Source: Malacoraja senta
Lineage: Eukaryota
Length of the DNA: 64,000 nt
Reading direction: 5' to 3'
Assembly (NCBI GenBank): GCA_038087875.1
Contig: CM075990.1
Coordinates: 14,386,001 to 14,450,000, forward strand
Under the pieces are notes generated by a model. That model saw nothing but the letters and a program-made list of their open reading frames with translations. It ran no database searches and was not told where the DNA came from. Shown here piece by piece: positions 1 to 15,250 of the stretch; positions within the stretch are counted from its first letter, which is position 1; each line of letters starts with the position of its first letter. A program made the translations under genes and the position numbers.

Positions 1-590
1 TCCCCTGTACTCCCCATTCTCCTCCTGATGTCAAAGTCAAAGCCCCCGGTGGGCGATGGAAAATAAGTCCCGCGGCCATTAAAGCCGCGCCGGGTGATGT
101 AAGGTGTAAGGCCCCGCTCCGGGTTATTTTCAACCCCGCAACTCGGGCGGGAGAAGTTGCCGTTGCGGGAGCTCCGAAAAGTGGTCTCCCACCAGGGACC
201 CGCGAGCTCCCGGTGTCACCGTCCACCGGGCCGGCGGCTGGAGCCTCCGAATCTCCGGGATCGGACCGCAGCAGCGCGCCACCACAGCTCCTCCCGTTCC
301 GAACTCGGCCAGCTCCACGATGGTAAGTAGTCCGCAGGCTCCGCGACTGGAGCCCCAGGTCGTTCCGGTTGAGGGCCACTCCACGGTGCTAGGCCCCAAC
401 GACAACGGAGACCCGACAGGGAAAAGGTCGGGTCCTCCGTACAGCGAAAATATTTTTTAAGTTTCCCCACCCACCCCCCGCCCCCCCCCCCCCCCCACAC
501 ATACCCAGTTAAAAAACACTATAAACTACGCTCAAACAAAACAACAACAAAAAAAAAGACAGACGGACTGCAGAGGCCGCTGCGGCGTTT
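1..590. mobile_element. GC-rich interspersed repeat fragment, same family as 42490-43095
   Basis: Shares motifs with 42490-43095 (GCTCCAYGATGGTAAGT, CTCC..G.TG.TAGGCC, C-rich tract followed by an AC-rich tail); family not identified. Confidence 0.5.
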
Positions 591-1337
591 ATGTTCTAAT
601 GCAGACAAATGGGGTTAGTGTAGATGGGCAGAAAGATCAGCATGGGGCATGGTAGGATAAGGCGGTTTTCTGATTCTTTGATTTTACATAGAAGGGCCCA
701 TTGACATAATTAGCAAGATAGTAAAGCTGGTCAAGATAGTCAAGATAGATAAGCTCATCACCTGACCTTACCGATTGACCTTTATGGCAAGATTTCCTGC
801 TGTGTTATTCCAAAAGTAACTGCTACAGCAAGTCATGGTGGCAATTTCTCTGTAAACCTTGCAGTAGAATTTTTTTTTGCCATTGAGCAGCTTTTGAAGA
901 ATAGGTCTTGGCTATTACAGATCTTAACATTTTAATATAAAATAATACATTTCGCCTATAATATTAATATGTTACATTTCAGTATTAAATGATTCGAGTG
1001 ACAGTGTTTTTATATTGTAAACATTTTCAATCAATCGACGTAATGCATTTTGAAATTCATGACATTGCTGTGTGCAAACTGTTAAATGCAGAACATCTAG
1101 CCAGGCCTGTAATTTGTTTTGGTCCGCACACAGGAGCGATCCTATACCTTGTACTATCTTGAACTCTGCCTTATGTTACTTAGTTGACATGAAGGTTTAT
1201 CAATATCATTGTAACCAAGCATGGGCATTCACACTGTAAGAGAAGAAAGCTTGCCTTGTTTGATGGATGGAGTGGATGAAAAATTGATTTTCTTCGCAGT
1301 ACACAGTAGTCAGCATTCATTAACTTTTGTTTTTCAG

Positions 1338-1385
1338 TCTCTTGATTGGAGTTGGCTTGAAGAAATGGTATCAGACAGACCCTGA
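1338..1385 (+). CDS. CHUK: Last coding exon of IKK-alpha (CHUK): SLDWSWLEEMVSDRP*, NEMO-binding motif
   Basis: Pyrimidine tract and CAG acceptor (AG 1336-1337), then TCT CTT GAT TGG AGT TGG CTT = LDWSWL, the NEMO-binding hexapeptide of IKKa/IKKb; TGA at 1383-1385. CHUK is preferred over IKBKB because CHUK lies directly upstream of ERLIN1 on the same strand in human. Confidence 0.85.
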   Translation, partial: SLDWSWLEEMVSDRP

Positions 1386-3140
1386 AATTCATATGTTGGT
1401 GTGGCAGTTGATTCCTTGAGCCCTGAGCACTGAAGGATCATGAGACGGCGTGGATTTGCAGTGGTGAATGCTATGAAGAAAAGTCATATTTCTGGAGCTT
1501 GGAAACTCAATCCCTCTGTCTCTCAGAAATCTCTTGGCATTTTAGTTGCACTGTTGCAGTTCAGCTAACACATGAATGCACTAAGCTGCCAATATGCTGC
1601 TTTATCACTTTGTCATCTACTGTTAGCTTTCACAACACAGTTGCTGCAGTAACAGTTTATAAAATTCTTCTAGATATTTTGCTGAGGCTTGCATAAAGTA
1701 ATAAAAACAATAAATGATGAAAAAGCACACAAATCCCTGTCAACAATCAGTAGGGAAAAAAATATAGATTTGCAAACTTTTTTGTGCATTCTACTGAAGT
1801 CTATACTGATATGTTTTAATCAGCTGTTGATGGACCTGTTCTATGCATCCAGGATTTATAGCTTCTGCCTTTTAATTTCATGTTTCATTTCACATATTTA
1901 CATGAGTATTTATTCAGTGTCCACTGGAATATTTTTTTTTCCCAAGTTTCCTTCCACATTTTGTAGAGACAAATAACAGTCTGAGTTGTGCTTGTGGAAT
2001 CAACCATAATAGGTCCACTTTTCCACGAGATGACTCGAGGGACGTCACGGAGGAGCAATTTCTTCATATAGCCTAATGTAGCACCTTGGGTTACATATAT
2101 GACGCAGATCTCGCAGCCGCAAGAGCTATTTAGTTAACTAATCCCCGTAGGTGGCACTATGGTTTCCCACAGCTCTTAACGTGGTCTGAAATTATGACCA
2201 TGCACAGTGACGTTGGTCATAAGTGAAGTTTATAATGTGGCCGGGTGACCTGACTAAAGGCCTTTAATGCAGATTTCCAAATGATTTATTTTTAAAGAAA
2301 AAATATTAAATGAGTTTCCGATGCTACTATTCTATCAAATAAAATTAAGGGCTGCTGGTTTCTCACCATTTAAATTTCATCTTTTAAAAGGGGAATAAAC
2401 ATTCTAAAAATTCCCTGCTTAGAAGCTGCATACTTTTAAAGAGAGCAATTGGAAAATACCAACTGAATCTTAACAACTGAAACATAAATGTGATGTGTAG
2501 CTACCTGAATAGTTTGTCGATTCCCATATATTTTGTGCTACATTCAAAGCTTGTTTTTTCCTTGCTACATTATTTTTTAACTTGGTTTTCTCTGTATTTT
2601 GAAGGATTTTTGTATCATGATTTTAACTTGCAGTCAATTTTGCAAATTATTTTGTTCAAAATTGTAACCATCAAACTTTTAAATGGCCTTTTAAAAAAAA
2701 CGCTCTGAACAACCTTGAAGGTTTTGCCATGTCCTTTTTCCTCACCTCTATGATTTTTGGTTAAAAGAGGAGCTAATCCAGCCAAAGAATTGGTCATCGT
2801 TGTGGTAAAGCTAGTTGTTGAACTGACATCGCAAGCAAAATAAAATTGCAGAACCATTCTTTCCCCCTCTGCGCAAAGGAATCTTGCATCTGCACTCGAA
2901 GCGAGATTGGCTTTTGCCTCAGGGATTGCATTTTGTGCAATCCCTATCGGATGTAATATTATTAAATTCACGAATGTGAAACAAATACCAGAATGGTCAT
3001 TTTAAAAATACCATAAGTGAAATTACTTCCGTATGTGAAATTAAATGAGGTTGTGTAACAAACATATACTTTTATTTTAATTGATTAATATAAGTTGAGA
3101 CTTTTTGCGACTGACAAATAGCCTAGGATGAAAGAATAAA
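1386..3140 (+). other. CHUK: Probable CHUK 3' UTR (end uncertain)
   Basis: Repeat-free AT-rich stretch after the stop, with AATAAA hexamers near 1700, 1708, 2394 and 3135. Confidence 0.45.
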
Positions 3141-5101
3141 TATTCACGAGGTGGCTCAATATGAACCATCAAATGTCCACCTGAATATTGTTATTTATTA
3201 TTTTTGTTAAACAGGAAATGATAAGTACAGAATGCACGTTTGTTTATATAAAATTACCCAATGGATTATAAAAATAATGCTGGCTGTGCAGTTGAACTAT
3301 GATGGTGTGATGATGATGATGAACTATGATATGGTGGTCCATTTTTCATTCCTTGAGGTTTATGTTGTTACTTTTGTGTCATTGTTTGTTAGCTGAATAC
3401 CCTTTCTTATTTTTGCAGCCTTGTCAGTTGTGGCTAAACCTTGTGATGTGAAAAGTTTTATCATTCTCATTTGTTTTTGTCTTTGTTTTTTTCAGGGGCA
3501 CATTTATACTTAAATTTGTTGTGAGCGCAGAGATTGTGAATTAATGCTGGTGGCACTTTGGGGTGCAGTATGATTTGTGCACCCACATACACAGAGGTTT
3601 AAAAGGGAAAACAAATATTTCCAGTGAATTTATAAACCAAATGATTGCCAAGAAGTTCAAATGTTTCATGCTTTTGCAGCTGTACGCAATTGAGAATTGA
3701 CTTCCACCTGAGTGACGTGATAATGACAATTATTAGAGTGTTTCTCTTACCTTTGTATACTTAATCTGTTATATGCATTCCATTGAATGCTCCTATTGGA
3801 GGATTGCTGGGGAAATTAGACCAAATTGCCTCAGATCAATATTGTTGTGGAATATTGACTGGGTTTAGATTGCGACCCTTTTACATTGAATATTGTATTC
3901 GCCTTTCTCACACTCTGACGCCTCTCCTCACGACACAACACTGACCACCGTCAATACTGCCCTTCCCGAGCCTACGAGCTCAGTACCCTGACCCCAGGCT
4001 CCAGCCTTATCTCCTTCTATCCCTTCAGCTCTGATCTTTATCTAGCTTGCTGACCGAATCGTAGTGCACTTTGCGATAGAGAAATGTTCTTTTAGAGATC
4101 TTGGGCTTCGTTTGCAGCTGAAGTTTGCAGCAACCAGCAATCAAAATGGTCATAAGTGCACCACTGTTGGAACCTAATTGGCACTCGAACATTCCTCGGC
4201 CAATGTGTGTTAACTGGAATTGCAAAACAAAAATTAGAACAAGTTGCGTATATTTTAATGCCTTAATGCTTGTCTTTTCTATGATGTACCTAATCAGTGA
4301 ATGGAAATTTCACTCTTCATCTTAACACCCTGTCCTTCATTGTACCACAGATACTGCTGCCAATCATGCATCTCTTGTCTGTGTCTTTTTAAAAGGCAGT
4401 ATGGCAGCTTTGATTGCACTTTGCACTTTTAAGATGTCATGTTTTAATCTTGTTTTAATTTTGAAATTTGTTCAAATTATCTAAAATGCTGATATTCAAT
4501 GCAATATGTTATGCAATGGAGTGTAAGGCCACTTGTGCTTTAAATACATAATATCTTTGTATCTTGAATTTGTGAATAGAGGGTTGTGCACATTGTTCAG
4601 TCCCACATGCTTAGGTTTTGCATTAAATTAAACGCAAAGCATTTCTTCATTGTCATAACAAATTGACAAATGCATACATTCCATTGATAAATGTTTTTTT
4701 AACAAAATGTTGTTTCATATACAGATTTTGTTAGGATGTATCAGCTGTAAGAAATCAATTGTATTATACTTGCTTTTCTGGATTTTTCATTATTATACAG
4801 CATGCCTCATGGTAAATTGGTTATTGATGTTATATTTTGTTCCTCCTTCTATTTCATTTGTATTTTTGCACCTCATAAGTACCCAAGGAAATTAAAGCTA
4901 CACATGTCCTCACTCCTCCATTACAAATTATTATTTCATCATAACCTCTTCAACTCAACACCTTCCTCTGAAACTACATCTGCCCATTCCCTGCACAAAT
5001 GCTGTCCAACCTGCTGAGTCCTTCCAGTTCTTTGTTGTTTGCGGTAGCTTTCCACGGCATTCTCCTCTTGACACACTGATCAGGGCGAGACTCCTTGCCT
5101 A

Positions 5102-5318
5102 GCGTTGGAGGACGCCTGTGTGTGACTTTGTTTAACGTGGGGAGACTGGTGCACAGACAGCCACCACACGGTCCTTGACAGATCTGGGTCAGGATCCAGT
5201 GGCATGGAGTCCAAGACGACCAGAGACCCTCTTCTGCTGCAGCCTTCATCCGCCTTCCCAGCCGTTGTGACGCTCCACTAAGGTCAGCCATCATCCTCCG
5301 CCTATTCCACCGTTGAGG
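5102..5318 (-). mobile_element. RTE-like retroposon fragment
   Basis: GC-richer insert flanked by the 10-bp direct repeat TCCTTGCCTA (5092-5101 and 5319-5328); resembles RTE-clade 5' region from memory. Confidence 0.45.
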
Positions 5319-6839
5319 TCCTTGCCTAACACCAGGCCTAACCTGGTTCCATTCTCTCAAGAATGATATCCACAGCAGACACTTCCAAGGCCTTTTCCTC
5401 CTCGTAAATGATTACTACTTTTTGCCCCCCCCACCCCGATAGTCTATTCTTGACATTCCTCACCTCCATCTTCCCTGACAGAAATATGGTACAAAAGTAT
5501 GTGTTGATTCCTCTTGTAGGCTGAAGACTCCCCGCTGCACCTCACTGTCACCTCGCTTGACCTTTTCAGGATATTAAAATGTTCCTACTAGATTCTTGAT
5601 TACTATCCATCTCCATAAGACCCACCTGTGGTAGAAAAAGACTTTGGGATCTTAGTTTCCCTTTGGCTTAAAATGTGTTCCTGGCCATGTATCTTGCCAT
5701 TGCAGGGACTTCCTATTTCCACCTCCATATTATGTGTCTCCACCTTTGCCTAAGCTCATCGGCAACTGAAGACCTCATCCATGCCTTTGTTACATTTAGA
5801 GTTAACTATTCCTACAGAGCCTTCATCTTTCTAGTTCCATAAATACAAGGTTACCCACAACCTTTCTGTCCTTATTCCCAGTTCACACCAAATCCAATCA
5901 CCCATCGCTACTGTACTTGCTCTCATGTAAACATCAAGTTTTAAAATTCTTGGTGTAATGTTCAAATCGCTTAATGTCCTTGTCTCTCTTCTATTAATAT
6001 CCTCTATCCTTTCAACTCGCCACAATATCTGTACACTTGGAATTCTAGTCTTCGTTACTTCCTACTTTATCAGATCCTCAATTGGCAATAATCGAAGCTC
6101 TAAACTCTGGAATCCACTCTCAAAATCTTTCTGCCTCTCTCCCCTTCTTTCCTCTTCGAAGGTACCCCTTAAAACCCATGTTTTAAATGTTACTGTCTTT
6201 AAGTGGTTTGTGTTACATTTTATTTGCTAACATTTCCATCAAGCATCTAGGGATGGTTTACTATTTTAAGGTGCAACATAAGTACAGATATTGTCGTCAA
6301 TGTATATCTGTTTGTATGTTCACTTTTGACCACTTTGTCAACCAAGTCCATTGCTGTGGAATTATTTTGTTAAACTGACAAAAGGAAAACGAATTCCCAA
6401 AAATGTAAATAAAATTTGAAAAACAAAATTGCATTCTCTAACTATGGATTTTTTCAATTCTTTCCCTTCCCTCCATCTCTGCAATTTACCGCATCCTGTC
6501 AGACAATTCCTTATCACCTGTTGATCGTCTGTAAACTGATTGTAGAATTAAAGTGACACATTCATCTTATGACCCAATAAGTCAGCTACAGGGAGGTGCA
6601 GCTGAAACTTTGTGACCATCAGAATTGAAGCCCTGTTGGTAAGTGACTAAAAACAACCACGCACAAGATTAGAGTCAAAAAGGTAAAGAAACATGCAGGA
6701 GATAAGGAGAGGTACAAAAACTGTGGGGAAAAAAACATACCAGGGGGTGAGACTTAAGAAAAACTGATGCCCAATCTTTGAATCATCTATTGTCTTCACC
6801 TCTCCATCAACTTCTTGTCCTGAATCTAGAGATATGCAT

Positions 6840-7655
6840 TTTCAGACTTCTTGGCTGATGGGAGTGAAAAGAAGAGGGTGTGACTGGGGTGAGACTAGTC
6901 CTTGATGATGCTGGCGGCCTTGCTGAGGCAGTGTGAAGTGTAGATGAAGTCAATGGCAGGGAGGTTGGTTTGCATCATGGTTTGGGCTATGTCCACAACT
7001 CTGCAAGTACTTGCGGTCTTGGATGAAACTGCTCCCAAACCATGCTGTGATGCATCCCGATAAAAAAAATTCTCCGATGCATGTGTAGAAGTTGTCTAGG
7101 TTATTGGGGACATGCCAAACTTCTAACCTTCTAAGAAAATATAGGCGTTGATGTGCTTTCTTGGCCATTACTTCAATGTGGTTGGTCCAGCACAAATTGC
7201 TGGTGATATTTATGCCACAAAACTTGAAGCTTTAGACCATCTCTACTTCAGAGCCATCAATGTATATCAGGGTGTTAAAGAAGGAACTGCAGATGCTGGA
7301 AAATCGAAGGTACACAAAAATGCTGGAGAAACTCAGCGGGTGCAGCAGCATCTATGGAGCGAAGGAAATAGGTAACGTTTCGGGCCGAAACCCTTCTTCA
7401 GACGTGTGTACAGCTTCACTTCCTGTAGTGCATCACTATCTCCTTTGTCTTGCTGATATTGAGGGTGTTGCCTTGGCACAGTTACAAGGTTCTCAATCTC
7501 ATTTCTGTAATATCATTATTTGATATCTTGCCCACTACGGTGATGATCTCTGTGAACTTATGGATTGAGTTGGATTGGCATTTGGCTGCACAGTTGTTTG
7601 TGTATACAGTATATGGAGCTGAGGCGCACCAGTGATGAGAAGTATCGTAGAGGAA
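6840..7655 (-). mobile_element. Degenerate LINE RT fragment (Rex1/L2-like), interrupted by a Penelope-like terminal repeat at 7278-7403
   Basis: Minus ORF 6950-7195 'AKKAHQRLYFLRRL...FYTCIGE..LSGCITAWFG' is typical of the LINE RT C-terminus. Confidence 0.75.
7278..7403 (-). mobile_element. Solo Penelope-like terminal repeat
   Basis: Nearly identical to 24548-24675, the terminus of the GIY-YIG element. Confidence 0.8.
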
Positions 7656-8483
7656 AACAATACACTTAGAAGAGAATGTGCATATAACTGGTTTAAGTTA
7701 ATGATATTGCAATCATACTTTTAAAAGTAATTTAAAGTCTTTTAAAATTAATGACCTTTGCAGAGAAAACATAGCAGATAGATCTGAAGAAGTCAATAAC
7801 CTGACAATGATTTACCTTTTGTAAGGGGTGAAGAAAATAGTTGAAGACAAAAATTAAAATTTAATTTTGTTCTCAATTTAAAATGTTAGGAATATCACTG
7901 TTACTTGAATTAACATGAGACAACTACAAGAGGTAATACTTTGATTTACAATAGTCACTTTTGTCTGTTGCTTTCCTATAACTTTGAATCTAAATTCTAT
8001 CTCAAAGTGGTATATTCATTTCTGGTAGGTTATTCATCAATAGAGCTCTGAAGATTTTAATTTTGTCCACAATTGGCATATCACCAAAACAGATGTGAGA
8101 AATTTGACCAAAAATGTTAATTCTGTTTAGACAAGAGACAATAGGTGCAGGAGCAGGCCATTCGGCCCTTTGAGCCAGCACCGCCATTTAATGTGATCAT
8201 GGCTGATCAATCCCAATCAGTGCCCCGTTCCTGCACATTGCCCCTACAAATGCCACCTGACTTGTATTTTAGCATTTTTTAAATGTCATTCCAAAACCCA
8301 AAGACATCTCAAATTTAGTTCTTGTCAGTTTTATCAGTGATAACTAAATACACATAGAAGAAACACTATACGATGTATTATGGTCATAATCGGATACTGT
8401 TGCCATCCTAAATTCATTAATTAATTTGTCTTGCTGCTATTTGTTTTCAAAGCAGGTTTAGCAAAATATTAAAAAATTAAGTC

Positions 8484-8700
8484 ACGGTCACGGTGGCGCA
8501 GCGGTAGAGTTGGTGCCTTGCAGCAAAATGCAGCGCCAGAGACCCGGGTTCGATTCCGACTATAGGTACCACGCAGGTACGTTCTCCCCGTGATCTGCGT
8601 GGGTTTTCTCCGAGATCTTCAGTTTCCTCCTAAAAGACGTACAGGTTTGTAGGTTAATTGGCTTGATTAATTGGCTTGATAAAAAAAAAGTAAAATTGTC
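8484..8700 (+). mobile_element. HE1/V-SINE-type tRNA-derived SINE
   Basis: A box TGGCGCAGCGG, B box GGTTCGATTCC, V-domain-like core GTGGGTTTTCTCC; similar to 27690-28000. Confidence 0.8.
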
Positions 8701-11700
8701 CAAGTTGGCGATATGCAGAGTACTGCCCTGCCGACTACAAAATTCAGAAGGTTCAGAAGGTAATGCATATTAGGATTGTGAATTTCTGATAGAAAATTCA
8801 GTGATTAACTTCTTGAGTGGAAATCCTTTTGAAATGAGTTCGGAGTCAACTGTTAAAGATATTCCATCCGATATAGCACGTACAAACATTCACCAGTCTC
8901 TTGTTACCACATTAAAGTAACGATCTGCTGGAATCCTGGGTGATTAGAGTAGAAGGTAATTGGAAGCCTGAGCTCACAATCTATCACTGCCCATTGAGCG
9001 TAATGCTGTTTTGTTTAATGGCTGCAAATGATCAAATGCTGTTGTGACTATTATGGTAATTATTGATGAGTAAAGTTTCTATATTTGTCTGCACAATGTT
9101 TAACAAATGTTTATTAATTGGCCGTTTCAAAATTATTATGTTTTTACTATTTTTTTGGTCAACTCTTTCAACAACTTTAAATTACAAATTTCAATTAGTC
9201 CATTCTAATCAGACGAACCCTTCACCTAACTGAAGGTTCCTGCAGCAGATTTTTTTTGCTGCTTTAGATTTCATTATCTACTCACCTCTTCCTTCAAAAC
9301 ATTTCATGTTTCTGCTCTGACCATTCATTGAAGATGACAATTCCAAAGTCTTAAGGGAGAGAAGACATTTCACCTTGTCTCCATTAGAAATGTCCAAATC
9401 CCACTCCCTGCCTCCCTATTTTGGGGTCTCTTTGGCCTTTAGCATTAGCTATTACCATACTTTTTCTACAGGCGCTCCCTGAAGTGCTGAGTCTTTCCAG
9501 CATTTTCCAACATTTGTAGATTTTCTTTCTTTTCTACCACTTCATTTCAAAATGTGCTCCTTAGCTCTAATTCCACAAGAGTAAACATTCTCGCCACACT
9601 ACCCGTGTCAAGACCCCTCGGGCACTTATTTTTCAATCAAAACTCATCTAACTCTTCGAAAGTCAAACAGACACATGCCTAGCCAGCCCAACCTTGCCTC
9701 GTAAATTAACAATTAAGTGTTTCCTTTAGGTAGAGGAACATAAAGATTCGGGATCCTTGGCGAAGATTTACCTCTTCATTGACTTTATTGGACACCCTAG
9801 TTATAGAATCATACAACATGGAAGCAGACCCTTTGGTCCATTCATGCCAACCAAGATGCCACTTTTGAGCCAGCCCCAATTGCCTGCATTTGGCCCATAT
9901 CCCTGTGATTATTTTTTATCTATGTTCCTATCCAAGTGTCTTTTAAATGCTGTTATTGTACCTGCCTCAAACACCTCCTCTGGCAGCTTGTTCCATATAC
10001 CCACCGCCAGCAGTTCTAGATTCCTCCATGAGGATAAATATCTGCATAGCATCTACCCTCTCAGAATATATATGTTTCAGTTAGAAAACCTCTCATCTAA
10101 TGAAGGTAGGATCAACCTCCCATGTTTCCTTGTTTAACATAACTTTTGTCCTTGTGATCAATTTACTGAAATTTCCCTGGATTACCTCCTTACTTTTTAA
10201 ATAAACAGACAAATATTTCACAGAGCAGCAGGTGTACTTCTATAGGCAACATCATCGGAGCCAGAAGCCAATCATCTTTGGTGAAACTGGAAGTTAATTT
10301 AAACCTGGACAAGCAATCAAGCAACATAAAGGCAACGGAGGGGTTGAGACAGGTGGTGGAGACCCATTTCAAGGCTCAAAATACTTTTTGGCAGCTCATC
10401 CATCTTGTTCGGTTTTCATGCTACGGCTTATTGCCCTGCCCTTTCCAGTTTGTTCCTGTAACCTGATACCAATGATAGGGATTTAATAGCAAGGGTGACT
10501 GAACTTTACTGAAATAGGGACAGATGAGTTTACCTAAAATAGTCAGAACATTGACCACATTACGAGTGGTGCCTTTCTTACTGAGTCGTGCTCTTGGGGA
10601 GTAAGAGAGTTGTTTTACCCTGAATCTGTGTCCTTGCAGGGTTCTGTACTGATATGTGTTGGTGGAATTGCACCTCCCAGCTACAGTTGCATCAAACTGA
10701 TAAAACTGGTTAATGGACATCAATGGGATGACATTTCTTATTGAGGAGTTGCATCTTTGCGCAAAGGAAAGTGGTTGTGATTGTTGGAGGTTAATCTCAC
10801 TGTAATCTACAATTCCTACACTTTTATTTACTCATGATTGTGTAGAGTAAGATTTCTTGCAGAACCTTATGCAAAACAAGGAATTTCACTGTACCTAAGT
10901 ACATCTGGTAAAATAAAGTACAATTGAATCATCCCAACCACAGAAGATTGCTGCAAGAGTGTCTCACGGTAGTGTTATAAGCCTGGCCATCTGCTGCTTC
11001 CTTCCAGGTTAGCAGTGGGGCTTTTTATCGGTGATTGCAAGAACCATCATTCAGGATGAAAAAAATCTCACTTGCTTTCCGTCGCATTCAGCAGTTAAGA
11101 TATCGTTCCTGTCCCTACCATAGATGGTGTGTCCACCATTTACAAATTGGCCATCCCAGAGGCACATCCCACGTTGGTGATGTCCATCACTATAAAGGAC
11201 AAGAATAACAGGTTGAGATGGATACAGCATTGAAACAGGTCTTTGGTCCCACTGACTCGATGCTGATCATTGATCACTGTTCAAACGAGTTCTATGTTAT
11301 CCCATTTTCTCATCCACTCTCTACACACTAGGGTCAATTTACAGAGGCAAATTAACTGACACACCCACACATCTGGGATATGGGAAGAAACTGGAGCACC
11401 TAGTGCAAGCCCACGCAGTCTTATGTAGCACATGCAAAATTCACAAGGACAACTCCGGAGGTCAGGATTAAAGCTGGATCTGGTGCTGTGAGGCAGCTGT
11501 GCCACTGCGCCACTCTTTAGGTGCTTCAAATCACGCTACCTCCATACAGCATCTCAACTTGAAAATATATTCTTGTTCCTTTATTGACAAATTACTGAAA
11601 CACTGTAATCAACAATAATCAATGCAAAAGCTCTCCCCACCATTGAAAGCATCTACACGAGGCTCTGTCTCAAGAAGGCAGCATCTAACATCAAGAATCC

Positions 11701-13329
11701 CCACCATCTGGGTTAGGCCAAGCAGGAGGTACAAAAGTCTGAAGTGGAACACAAGTTTCAGAAATAGCTACTTTCCTGCAAATTTGTGCGAAGGAACTGC
11801 AGATGCTGGTTTAAGCCAAAGATTGACACAAAATGCTGGAGTAACTCAGCGGGACAAGCAGCATCTCTGGAGAGAAGGAATGGGTGCCGGGTCGGCTCAG
11901 GTCGAAAGGCTGAAGAAGACTTTCCAGCAAAGAGCAGATTCATGAACCAACCTGCATGTCTAATCCTACCTCGGCAAAGGAATACTAGGAACATCTTGCC
12001 CATTGAATTGTTTTTCAGTTGCATTTTACACTAATATCTTGTTTTATTGCAGTCTCTTTATGCTGTCTTGTAGAATTGATCTGCAATTTATATACAATTT
12101 ATGTTTTGTGTGTATTGTCGAGTCCATGATGCTGTCTCAAACAAGATTTTAGTTTTGAGATACGAACAAAATAGTTCGTTTTGAGATGCAGCATGGAATC
12201 AGGCCCTTCGGCCTATTGAGTCCACCCCGGCCTTTGAATACCCGTTCACATGCTAGTTCTATCTACACAAGCCCTACACACTAGGGCCAATTAACCTGTA
12301 AAAACCCGCACATCTTTGGGATGTGGGAGGAAACACGGTGAGAACGTGCAGACTTCACACATAGAGTACCGGGGTCAGGATCGAACCAGGGTCAACTGTG
12401 GCAACTGTGAGGCAGTAGCTCTACCAGATGCGCTGTTGTGCCACACATTTTTCATTGTACTTGTGTAGATTGAGAAGGAACTCAGCTCGATTTGAGCACC
12501 TTCACTATAAGCACGATAAGCTCACCACCACTTCCTCAAGGCAATTAAAGATGGAAAACAAATGCCTGTTCTGTTAGGATTACCTGTAACTGAAGATGAA
12601 TCTTTAAAATATATACTCACATTGTTGAACCCTTGGTTAAATTTGATAGGACTTGGGGAAGCTTTATTCAATATTTTCACACAATATAAAATATTCCCTC
12701 TTCAACCGTTATAATAATTTTCTTACCCTTATACGGTGGAACGGATTTGGCGACAAATAGGGATCTAAATTGTTGAAATTCTTTGCAGGCCAGATTCTGG
12801 GGGTTTTTTTCTTCCTTATTTTAGTTTAGGGGGTTTTGTTTTTCTCTTTTTTTTTTTTTCTTTTTATCTTTTTGTTTTTATATATACAAGTTCTCTTTTA
12901 ACCATTTAACTAGAGACCAGGAGGTCTATACCCAAGGTGTATTTTGACACTGGATTCATACCTAGGTTACATTTGTTGTTAATGTAATCCTGATCCCTAT
13001 GTATCAATATCGCTGTTATGTTTACCATTATTTTTTTGTTTTTTGAAAATTAATAAAAATATTTTAAAAGAAAGAAAAGAAAAAATATACTCAATTCATA
13101 AAAAGTGCTGGAAAACACAATTGGTGCATGCATACACTATAAATATGAGCTGTACAAATGTCCAAATTAAATAGTGTCCCCCCCACACACGCAGCAATTG
13201 TTCACATTGCATTTTATGTCTAGAAATGCATAAAAATGACAACACTTAGAAAGTATTGACTTGACAACATTGTGGTTGAAAAGAAAGCAATGCATTGTTT
13301 TGTTTCTGTATCTGTTGTGTATATATATA

Positions 13330-14880
<1,551 letters not shown>

Positions 14881-14925
14881 ATGAATAAACTCCAACCTAA
14901 GATACAAAAATAGTGTCGGCGAAAC
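14881..14925 (-). repeat. Right arm of the 45-bp inverted repeat
   Basis: Exact reverse complement of 13330-13374. Confidence 0.95.
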
Positions 14926-14929
14926 AGCA

Positions 14930-15250
14930 GCTGAGAACCTTCCCTTTAAGAGCCGGAAGTGAGGACGGGATGGTTTGGACTGTGACCCTGCGAGAGTGGA
15001 GCGGGTGGCTGAGTGAGTGAGTGAGGGAGCGCCGCCGAGGGTGAGGGAGGGAGCGCCGCCGGGGGGGTGGGGAGTGAGGGAGGGAGCGGCCCTGGGAGTG
15101 AGGGAGCGCCGGTGGGGGTGGGGGAGCGTCGCCGGGGGGGGGGGGGTGAGGGAGGGAGGGAGGGAGCGTCCCTGGGCCGGGTGGGGAAGCGGGGCCTCGG
15201 CTTCTACATCTACACACTTCCCCCAGTAGGTTTAAGGCCGCTCGAAAACG
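14930..15250 (+). promoter_or_regulatory. ERLIN1: Probable ERLIN1 CpG-rich promoter and non-coding exon 1 (ends ~15012)
   Basis: ETS motif CCGGAAGT 14953-14960, GC/CpG-rich, donor GA|GTGAGT at 15013; the first coding exon has its own acceptor, so an upstream exon is required. Confidence 0.65.
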
